Source of the DNA: Auanema rhodensis
Lineage: Eukaryota; Animalia; Nematoda
Assembly: GCA_964057225.1 (NCBI GenBank)
Contig: OZ059898.1
Span: forward strand, 8,308,001 to 8,372,000
Reading direction: 5' to 3'
DNA: 64,000 nucleotides
Program-made: the position numbers and the translations under genes
The notes under the pieces: generated by a model
Database searches by the model: none
The model's input: the letters and a program-made list of their open reading frames with translations, nothing else
What the model was told of the DNA's origin: nothing
Shown here: positions 52,801 through 64,000 of the stretch, one piece after another
Numbering within the stretch: position 1 is the first letter of the stretch
Layout: each line of letters starts with the position of its first letter

Positions 52801-55800
52801 TCAATGACCGTTTTTAGACGAGCCGACGTGAGCAGCGAAGAGTCGGCCTCACAGAAAGCAAATAACTGACAAGCCGATGAGCAGAAGTTGATGATGGATG
52901 GGCTGATTTACCTATGTATCTCATCCAGCTGTTATAGTGAATCATGCATCATCATCTTTATATTCAATGTTCAGCAATGTTATCATGAAAGCGAACGAGA
53001 TAGATATGTAGATGTACGTATGAGATAACTATGAAGTTCACAAGATTGTCACAAGAGTATACGATAGGTAACACTAGTACTACGATATGATGATGTTTAC
53101 ATGCTAATTGAGATAGTAGTTCCAGATAAGATGAGAGCTTAATGCATAGATATGGTTGATGTAAACTAGTGTTATCGTATTTTGGAAAGGTTTGAAGGAA
53201 AAAAAGGAATTTTATCTATGTTTAAGAATGGAATGTGAGGGTAAGCCGTGAAAGGCAAAATACGCAAGACAATGCTGTAGCTGCTCATTGAAACAAAGAA
53301 TAAAATTCTGCTGCCGCTACTCAGAAGATATTGCTCTTGAGCAAAGACATAGGATTCATGTTCTTTCGAAAAGAAAACAATGAAACAGCTAGAAAAGAGC
53401 GAATGAATGACAATTAAATAGAAAATTACTTCAAGTACTCCAAAATATTAACTGAAAAGAATGTAGAAAATGGAATTTTGCACAACTACTGACTTTGTCG
53501 TCACATCGAGTTTGCACTTCACTTTAATCACTGTTAGAAGAAATGGCATGATGAAATGAGAAAAGTAGAGAATAGTAGACGAGTAGGTTGGTAGATAGTT
53601 AAGCTGTGAAGAGTTGCAGTCAGTCGGGCGTGGATGATCGGTGTTAAGCTGGTATAAGATGATCCGTTCGTATCGGAAGTACTTCGGTGGGTTAAAGCTC
53701 AATAATGATGGTTGGCAGATCTTTTTCTTCTTCTGCTTAGTTACAGACTCCGAGAAGCAACTTAACCGCGAACTGATGAGCATCTTCGTGTCGATAGCTT
53801 TTGATCACAAAATGCTTTAACTGTCCGTCTCAACAACATTTTTTCTCTTTTTTTCTTAATATTCTCTCAATTTCATATGATATCTCAGACTTAAAGTCGG
53901 AAGTGGCGCAACAGGATGAGCTTCCGACAAAGCATTCGACAGACGCAAAGGTCAGCACTGTTTGGACATGCCATCGATACCCGATATCGGCCTTCAACTC
54001 ATTTAGAGCTCGGTGACAAACCAAAGAGTATACTAGACAGAGAGATTCTAGAGATATATGCTGATGAGGTTAACAGAAAGAGATAACAAGAGCAGAGGGT
54101 GGTTAGAACGGCAGACGAAGTAAACTCATCGTTCAGTGCGCCAGGAAGATGTGATTCATATTCGAATGTGAATTGTCTGCATGTGAACAGATAGCTCTGG
54201 AGTGATTTTGAGAAGATGATAGTGATGTACATGATGTCAGGAAATACATAATTCCTTGTGTATACATATCCTCAAACTGAATAATAAGATAAAGATGAAG
54301 AAGACAAATCTCGTAGATCCAAGAAGAAGCAACGCAGAGTGCTGAACATCAACCGGATATGACGTAATCTACATGTCGGATCTTTTTCTCGCCGATTATG
54401 TCAATATGATCAAAAAGTTTTTGTTCTGTTTCTTTGTTTCTAAAAATGGAAAAACAGCACAAGATGTGATTTGTTACGTGAGCTCGCGTGCAGACATGTA
54501 AGCTAGCCGCATGAACAGCAGCATAGCAGATAGGCTACAAACTGACGCAACAAAGTAGCTCAGGCTGTACGCTTGCTCAGAACTTTGCAGAAATGTAACA
54601 ACTGGAATCAACGCAAATATGTAATGTTGCAAATATATAATAAACAGAAAGCTGCTATTAATACAGTAATAAACTATATTTCAATTAGAAATATGTAAGC
54701 ATATTACCCGAAAACAACGACGATGCATCAAAAGCATTGAATTGCAATTACAGAGATTTTGCACACATGTGATGTTCCTAACTGCACCGAATAATCAGTA
54801 GGTATGCCAAGTATTAAAGCCAGTATATTAACTAAATATGTCGGCGTTGAGTTGTCAATTGCTCTTTCTTTAACCCAAAGCATGCCAATTAACGGTTTGA
54901 CCTTTACAGATCAATTCAATGCTTACGCAATATGTATGGCAGTTTGTCAAGTATGTTCAAAAAGCGTTTTATGGCTTAATCATTACCTTGACCGGCTAGC
55001 TGAAACACCGTCAGATGGGATATTGCAATAGACATCTGTACAATGTGGCGAATATAGAAGAAACGGCGACAATTCAACACAGGATTAGAATGAAGTACTT
55101 TCACTCTAATGTTCCAAAAGAGAATGTGAATACGGATGAGAGCAAATCTTCATGATGAGGTAGCTTGAATTCTGAATAGATTCCTTTGTAGCTCATTGAA
55201 CACATGATGACTGATTGTGACATCAATTGCAAGAGATTCAGAGACAGGGCAGAACAGATAGCTGCTCAAGATGATGTTAAGCGGAAATAGAATTCGTAAG
55301 CGATGGCCACTTCTGGATGATAGAATCACAATCAGCCTTGAAGGCATTTGTCTTTCGATCCACATATAAGCACTCGTTATGTCAGTAGCAAAAGCAGTAG
55401 AAGCAACAGACGTTGAAGCTTTTAAGGCTACTTTCTCAAAAATACATACATACGCTCAGATCATTCAGTAATGAATAGTTAGTGAGCAGTGAAAAATGAC
55501 TAAACCAGATTGTTAGTCTCACTAAAAGCCGACTTGTTTCACTGATCGGTTAGAGTGAAAGCTGCAAGTACACTATAATTCCATACGAGCAGCTTTTTTT
55601 TGAGTGGTAAGCACATTCCGGATTATTTCTGAACTGAACTGTAGTGTTCCCATCCATCCAGTAGCACATTTTGTTGTTATTCAGAGAAGAAGTTGTTGGT
55701 TGTAGTGATGGAATCTTCATTTCTTAGAATATTATCTGAAAGAAATCAATTAGAAAACAATAAATTTGTGAAAAAATGAAAAAATTTAATTCCAAAAAAT

Positions 55801-57746
55801 GATTATAAACTAGTATTAAGAATAATTAAAATAGCGTTTCACAGAAGATATTTGAGATTTTCCCTATGTAGAATCTATTTTTTTCTGTTTTTTTCAAGCG
55901 AAAACGTTGACAAATTGCTAGAAGACTTAAGCAAAAAAGCAAATCAGGAGACCGATTTATACTTCTTCACACACACACACGCGCACTCTCTCTTCTCTTA
56001 TTTTATTTTCTTTTCTAGAGAGAGAGAGAGAGCTAGTGAACTCCATCTTTCTCTTCATATTATTAATTCTATCTTTCGTTTTTGCTCGCTTACTAACATG
56101 TTGTTCGTCTACAGACTCATCAGGTACTGCAAGCTTCATCAACTTATGAGCATTTCGTTCGATCGTTGACAAACATGAACAACGCAACGATGCTCAGCAG
56201 CTTGCATGGTTGCTACTGATGAGCCATCAGGTGGACGATAAGAAGGCGAGAAGAAGAGATGATAAAGCGAAAAAGCGGCTTATTGTTGATTATGAGGACA
56301 GGAAAATTGACTTTGAGCTTCCCTCTCTATCTGTCACTTCATTGTCTTTGTTGCTCATTAGAGGAACATTATGAAAAGATCGAAAGGTTGAAGTATTAAG
56401 CTGGAAATGAATATGAAATTTCTATAAAACTCAAAACATCTGAGAATAGAATACACAGATGATGAAAGCAATAGTCAGAAAAGAAGTCAGGGTACATGGA
56501 CTTGATATCGTGTAAATTTCATATATCAAGATTACAGATACATACTAGATGATGTCAATAACATGAAAGTTAGCAAATCGACAATGTATGATTATCGGGC
56601 ATCTTACATGAACATGTTCACGACATCCAGAAGAACTATTCTGAAGACGACCTTAATCCATGATGACAGCGCGTGCCTTGTCGGTAAAGGCAAAACAAGA
56701 TGACGGCCAGGTGTTAAGATTTTCTTTCTTTGCAACAGATTGGATAACCAGACAATGTAAAGAATGAGCAATAACAGACTACATATGAACTTTGAAAATG
56801 AGAAAGAAAGAGAAAAAGGGGGGTGTAGAGAGGGAGATTGAGTAAGAAAATGGAAGAAGGAGAAATAAAGTGATTATAGAAATAGAAATTACGAGAAAGA
56901 GGACAAGTTTAATTCAAAGAAAGGTCTTTGCTTTTTATTTTCTAATTGCATAAACCCATTATTAAACTAAGAAGCTACTCAGTTCGTACTGAATCATAAT
57001 CTGTTTTTTTCTTCAAAATCTCAAGAGTTTTCACACTATTTACAAATAGAAAAAAGCTTTTTTTTTCTTTTTCTCACTCTTATTCTTTATGTTTCTGTGC
57101 CAATTCTAACATAAACAATGTGAGCCCAAATGAACAAACCGGACTACTGACTAATTAACTATCGGAGCAATGAAGGGAGAGTGAGAGAGAGGACATTGGA
57201 GTTCGTAGACTACGCATCGGACTGTGGAGGAATGTGGAGCATATCGAATAGTAAAATAGTATGCAATCTAAAGAGAATATAAGATAAAATGAGAATAAAG
57301 TATAATAGAATATATAGAGTTTAGAGAAATAAATATAAAATGAGATGAAAGAGTTACAATTATCTATATGAAGGTTAGATGAAGAAGGGAAGCAAAACCA
57401 TCAAATCTGAACACCCTTACAAGGTCCAACATACACAGTGTCGGCCGCACAATGAAAGAAATGAGAGAAAAAGGTGAGAATAGATAATTATATATATTTA
57501 AACGGTTGCTAACTATACATCAACCAAAAGAAAATAGTTGAATAAATATTTTCAATTGTATACTATACTAAATATTCAAATAGATTATAGTCATTCTGGT
57601 AATGATCGGAGAATTTTCGATTGATCATCCTTAATTGGATACTTCGACTGAAATTTTGAATGTTCCGAATCGAGCGAAACAACGAATGACTAAACGATTC
57701 AGAATGATTTGGAAAATCCTTTCTCATATTCTTTTTCAATCTCTCA

Positions 57747-57749
<3 letters not shown>

Positions 57750-57800
<51 letters not shown>
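57750..57800. repeat. (TC)n microsatellite
   Basis: Pure TC run. Confidence 0.95.
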
Positions 57801-57807
<7 letters not shown>

Positions 57808-60800
57808 GTCATATATTGCTCTTCTTCATCTTTTTAGGCTTTATAGTTTCAAAAGCAGATCAAACTCTCCAGAGTTTTCATTTTTTCCAGTCATCTCTCC
57901 CTCTTAAGTATATTAAACGATTTTCTTATATTTGGTATTCACATGAAATTTCATAAAGTTTTTGAAAAGTAAAGGATTTTGACTTTTCAATTTTGACTCC
58001 AATTTATGTGATTTTGACGATAGAGCTTATCGAGAATCGATTGGGAAAAAACGGTTGTACAGATATAGTGGAAAAGAATAAAAAATTTTAGAAACCAACA
58101 GGTCGAAAGAGCACAAAAAGTAAAAATGAATAAGAATAATCATAGTTGAAGAATAAGAAGAAACTATGGTATAAGACAAAAAAAAGGAAAAAAAGATTTC
58201 TATATTGCTATAAACTATTAACTAGACAAGCGTTTGATCTTTATTCTGAAAAATGAAATAGAGCTAGAATGATTATGAGAAAAGGATTTAGTTTCGATAT
58301 ACATATCATATATACTAATTCTTTTCAAAAAACACTAACGGGAAATTGGGGGTTTAAAAACGCTTGAGAGACTGTTGATGGTCTGGGAGTCTCTCTTTAA
58401 CGAGAACCATGCAAGAAGTCATCATCACTCTTGTAGCCTCTCAGTTTATTTCGGGGGACGCTTTTTCGCTCTCTTCGCAGGAAAACAAAAGCAAAAGCCT
58501 CTTATCTGCGGCAGTGAGTTTCCGGATGCCGGAGGCAAGGCTCTGTCGGGTTATGCGGCAACAGTAAGGATTCTGAAGAGAGTTGAAAAGATGCAGATAG
58601 AGAAGAAGAAATAGCTGTTGAGATCTATGAGGCTGGACATGAGGGATGAATGTAGAGAAGAGTACCGACTTGGAATCTACCACCTTTATGAAACGATGAC
58701 GATTGAAGATACAGAAAACAAGCGGAAGATAGATCCAGAGAGCACGAAAGAGATGTAGCTTCGCTTCGTATGATAAGTGATGGAACACTTGAAGATATCA
58801 AATAGAAATCAAATCAGCTTCAAGCTACACATCAAAAGAATGAGAAATCACCATTTTGCAAATGGAAACCTTAAGAAATGTAGTTCATACTAGATTTCTT
58901 TGAATATAAGAAACATTATAACCTTATATATATAGTATAATATAGATATTCTACTACATTATATGAAAACTTCAATTGTGAAAGTTGATAAATGACATTT
59001 TATATTGAAATCTTTTAGCTATTGTTATCTGTGGAGATATTGAAAGAAAAGAAAATTTGTTCAGATTGTTGTGAACTAACTGAATTCCAGCTGACGTTTT
59101 TTTTTCTTTCCAGATTTTGTATTCAATAGTTGATTTAACAGTTGAAAGTAAGATTCAGAAGAACAAAAAAACTGATGAATAGTTTGTGGAAACAATAGGA
59201 AAACATCCCCTAGATTGGAATCATTTATGTTTTACAAAAGTGAAATACGTAACAAGAGGCAGATACATATATATGAAACATAGTGGCTGAATGATAGCTG
59301 GGATGTCTGATTTCAGATGGCAATCTCTCCAGAGATTACGAACGATGAATGCCAATTTAGAAAAGAAATGAAAATAAATTGTATCAATTGCTTGAAACGG
59401 GTTGTGTTGCAAGACTGGTACATGACACTTAGTTGATTGCATAGCTCATCATCATCACCCTCGATTCTCATCATTATGAGACGACATTGATGATATAGTA
59501 AAGCTATGCAACAAATCTATAGTTATAGTTATATAATATACATTACTTATTCCATATACGGAAAAAGTAAATAAGTTGTGTTTTGTTTTCTTAGAAAAAT
59601 AAAAAATGTTTGAGAACACAGAATGCGAAAATCGATCGAAGAAAATAAAATAAAAAGGATCCTGAATTTAGGACAGATGAACAGTTCATTTTGCCTTAAC
59701 TCATCACATTCAATTTTCATTTTCAGTCTCACAGTTCAGATGATGATGACAGTGGGCCTGATCGAGCAGCTGGAGATAGTATTGGTGAAAGCCAGTATGT
59801 GGTGATCGCCACCTGCCTTTTGCTTCTTGAGAAGACGATTGTCTTCTATACAGTTCAGGCAGCCATCATGAGTAGTTAATGATTACGTGTTGATGACTGA
59901 GACATCAATGTCTCGATATGAGCGATGATCAAAGGATGCCGACGCACAATATGCGCCATCTAATGCTTTTTTTTGATCTTGAACGAAATTCTGAGGTCCA
60001 CGAAACGAATTGAAACATGGAAGTTTTACATAAGTTTTAATTGAAAATAAAGAAATAATTGAGTAATAGAGGAACAATAAACACAGGTTACTATTAAACT
60101 ATATGTTATTAACAAAACATATTGTAAATAGCTCAACTGTCGGCAATCGGAAGAACAATTTGCATTATGTTATTATAATCAAAATTTGAATTTAAACAAT
60201 CTTACAACGAAATAAGGATTCTTATTCAGGTCATAAACCTATTAAATATCTCAATGAAACACCTTGAAGATGACGTCATTGACTTAATCCTCAATAGACA
60301 AATTACGGAACAGAATGTGAAACATCAGATGACGTCGCACATTCATAACAAGCCATACAACACATAATGGGAGCATCGGCGTAATTGGTCTTGAAAGAAA
60401 TATTGAAAAGTATAATACATACAGTTGATGACTGTGGTCCAGACCTGTAAAGGCAGCAGCTAGTAGGCCCACTGCAGGCATGACCTTGACATCTAATTTG
60501 CCAAAAAGTGATGCATTTCGAATTTTCTATTGGAGCTCGAGCAAACAAAAGCATGCCTTTTTTGAACGATGTCGTCATACAATACATGCTTTGTGCTGTC
60601 CTTTGAGCGTCGTTTCTCTACAGTTTCAAACTTGAAAAGTTGGAATAATCAGTCTTTTTTCCTTCATTTTATGGCTCCTTGTTTCTTTGATCCATAATAG
60701 AACAATATGGGTTAAATGGTCAACAGAATATAAAAAAAAATTTTCGAAAGAAAGAAACAAGATAAGTAGTGAGATGCTGAGGCTACAATTTGCCTTTTTC

Positions 60801-63800
60801 ACTTTTTCATTCAAATTATTTTGTTCTTTTGGTGGAAAGCAAAGAACTGAAAAAGCGGAGAAATGAAAAAACGGTGAAAAGAAGAAAAAAAGAGAAAGGG
60901 AGGAAGGGAGAGATATGTAATGTTTGAAGAGATTTTTATTTTCTTTGGATGAAGAAGGCAAGTTGATGAAAAAATTAGAAATGAAACACATACATATGCT
61001 ACCGAAAGGAGCAAACAGTGAGATTAATTGGCGTTATGGATAAACTTGGATTATACATGAAATAGTTTAGAAAATTATAAGAAATTATACATTGAATATG
61101 AATAGAAATTTGTAAAATTATTCTAAGACGTTTTCCGTCATAGATTAAACCGGTTGGACTAACGGAAGAAATCTGGAGCAAGCTGTGACCGTAAGGTATA
61201 ATAGACTATAATCGTCGAAAGTTAATGTGACCAGCATAATTCTTGTAGATATTTTAGAAAGCAGGCGGTAGCTTGATGAACTATAGCATAGTTTATGAAA
61301 AAGTTTTTACTTCAACAAATATTGAAAAGCATATACGCGAAAATCAGAAAACAAATCAGAGAAAATAACCACACGCATTGAACAAGATGGGCTTCCGAAA
61401 CAGTTTCATCTTTAGTTGTCAGAAAGTGGAAGATGTGTGTGAATGAGTTAGATAGACAAAATGGAAGGGTTGTCACTTCAACCGGTGGTAATGGTATCAG
61501 AGGTTGGATTTACGGGCCAATGGGAGGAGACAAGTAGGAGAAGAGGTAGAGAAGGGTGGCCAGTATGAGGCGAGCAATAAGAGGAAGGTCTCGTGTATAG
61601 ACTGATGAGATGATTGAGATGTCGATGGAGATGATTCGACGACAACGGTCAATCCACTTCAGATGTGCTCTATACATAGTTATTCTTTAAGAATAATGAC
61701 GAAGAGCCTGCTCAATTACTAATTGACATTATTTGAGCGTGGTCAATGAATAAGTTTAATAATAAAAAAGTTTAATTTCAATAAAGGTAAGAGCTCCTAA
61801 ACATAAACTTGAAGAGCTTTTTCAATCAAAAAAACTATGACGTAATATATTCATGAAATATAATTGTTAACTATGTATATGTATGGATACTATATACTCG
61901 TTTATAAATAAAAATATGAACATGTCAACATCGAGGTATATTATCATAAGGAAGCTGAATAGCTTCACACAAGATGTATATGGATAGGAATGTAAGTTGG
62001 TCTTGCCGGATGAAACGAATAGCCGAAATGATGCAATGACGTGACTGAAAGTCATTGTATTAAATGGCTGTGCACCGTCCATCCAGGAGATGTTCATTTT
62101 CAGGGGAAAAAAAGAAAGAAAGGAAGATCATTGTCATCAAACAGCTCGATGAAAATTCGAAATATGGCCTTACAAGCTATAATTCATTCGAACATATTAT
62201 TCGTTTTTTTTTGGAAAGATTACAAGAGAACATGGAGACAATGACAGCGAGAATTGAAGAGAAAAAAGCAGCGGAGAGTTATAAATAGAAAGAGAGAAAA
62301 CGAAAAAATACGTGAAATTGAAAGCAGGAAGATTTCAAATATATTGGATAAAAAAATCAAATTGTCGATGAATTTTGGGTGTTAAAAAAATGAAATCAAA
62401 TGCCATATATAGCATATGTATGTGTATAGTTTATGCGGTATGGCAGCCACGAGATCGTCTATGATTTGAGCTTGACCAAGTTTCTTTGAAAAATGTTGAG
62501 TGTTACCAAGTTTAACGATAGCTAAAAGCTGTAGATTTCGATTGAATAACATATTCTTTTATAGTTTATAAATAAGAATATTGAAATAAATTACAAATAT
62601 GAATAGTTATAAGTAGAATAACTAACTAGATGAAATGAACACGATAGTTGTAGTACATGAGAAAAGGAAAAAAATATATATAAATGCCCCCTCCCCCTAC
62701 TTAGTATTAGAGTGTACATAAGAGAGATGGAAAGGAAATTGTCAAAAAAAAAGAAAGAAAACAGGGCTTATAGAGAGAGATGGAATGAGAGCGAGAATGA
62801 GATAGAGAGATGGAGGGAACGTTAGAGTTTTGTCAGTGAAATAGCCATTTATGGAGTTCGATGGGCAAAAATGTCCGATCTAATAATGGAGCGGTGTTCG
62901 TTGTACAGCACATGTAGTCATTTTAAACCTTATAGTTATGAGCTACCTTGTCTGTACATATGACTAAGAAAAGGCTGTTGTAGCAATGAAAAAAAGAATA
63001 AATTACAAAGAAAATTCTTTATATCTTAGTCTGTTTCTCTCATATACATAAGTATTATATCTTCTCTCTTTTCGCACCATCCTTTATCTGCTCAATTGAC
63101 TGGAAGAAATGAAGTACGTTCGCCTTCTTGGAACATTGAACATACCATAGATGAATAGTTGACAAGTAAAAGATAATAATAGAAAAGAATAACATTTTCT
63201 CTAGATTTTTTAAAGAAAAAGGAATGAAATACTAATTAGTTTTCAAAGTTTAAAAGTTGAAATATAGAACTAACCTTATGAGAACATACATTGTTGACAA
63301 TTAACATTTTATGTTGTTGAGTTAAAAGATTCACAAAAGGAATGTCTGAAATAAAATTAATTAAGAAAGGCAAAAAACGACTTTAAACGATAAATGAAGA
63401 AATTAAGTAGGCATGTTAAGCATGTAGAGAACATTAAAGACTAAAGCTTTATGGAATATATGGTGGAGCATAAAACAAGTCAATAAGAGCTAATTAGAAG
63501 ATATTAAAGTTTAATAAGGAAAAGTGATGCTAATTATAAGTTTTGATGTTGATGGGCCAGATTTCGTTTAAAATCTAAGAAAATAGCTAGTTAGTGACTG
63601 AGATAAAGAGAGAGAGAGAGACATATGTGTGCAAGCTGAAGATGAAGCTGGTCAGTTGCTGATTCATCATTGGTACAGACCAAGCCCAGATGTCTGTTAT
63701 ATTAATATAATTAATTATATAATAACTACAGATAGAATGTTTGAAGTTATATGAATATATATATATATATATATATATTTCTTATGAAAACAATATCTTT

Positions 63801-64000
63801 CGTGAAAATACATACATATTTATGTTGATATACATAAGCATGCTAATAATTATATACAAATTCTTTAGATCAGTATAACTAATATTATACATTCAGATTA
63901 ATATAGTTAAAAATATTATATGTATTTATATACATATAATTATCCACGTGATATAGTATAATTTTATAATTAACGTTTAACAGTGCTTAGGACACTAAAT

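Noticed and set aside
58497-58520. Partial resemblance (reverse strand CCGCAGATAAG) to nematode mir-791/mir-252
   Set aside because: The seed regions do not match, so no named miRNA is called; the hairpin is reported separately.
1-64000. CRISPR arrays, rRNA, SL RNA, telomeric arrays, transposase or reverse transcriptase ORFs
   Set aside because: None seen by eye; the sequence is eukaryotic, with no regularly spaced repeat-spacer array or long mobile-element ORF.

Overview
Very AT-rich eukaryotic DNA with many short (about 45-55 nt) GT-AG introns and TTTTCAG/TTTTAG-type acceptors. This, plus the gene content, points to a rhabditid nematode; the species cannot be determined. Because the genes are spliced, the ORF track is mostly uninformative, so gene models were rebuilt by hand. 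Ten protein-coding genes are supported: the 3' end of mig-10 (MRL adaptor), a two-pore TWK/K2P potassium channel, an MFSD8-like MFS transporter, a secreted CUB+vWA protein, a secreted PAN/apple protein, an OATP/SLCO transporter, a 135-aa orphan, a TIP-1/TAX1BP3 single-PDZ protein, a 156-aa signal-peptide/TM orphan, and a 330-aa type I membrane protein with a C2-like ectodomain. There is also a tRNA-like Pol III element in an OATP intron and many microsatellites. From about 46.1 kb to the end there is no confident gene, only GC-rich islands, exon-like fragments and a recurring GCCGAC motif. The most interesting leads are in the 39.4-46.1 kb cluster: a Notch-ligand-like 'C2-only' membrane protein (furin site, YDxPWE, terminal DSGLESV degron/PDZ ligand), a possible membrane-tethered amidated-peptide precursor, and the neighbouring PDZ gene. 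All functional interpretations of these are inference and were not checked against databases.
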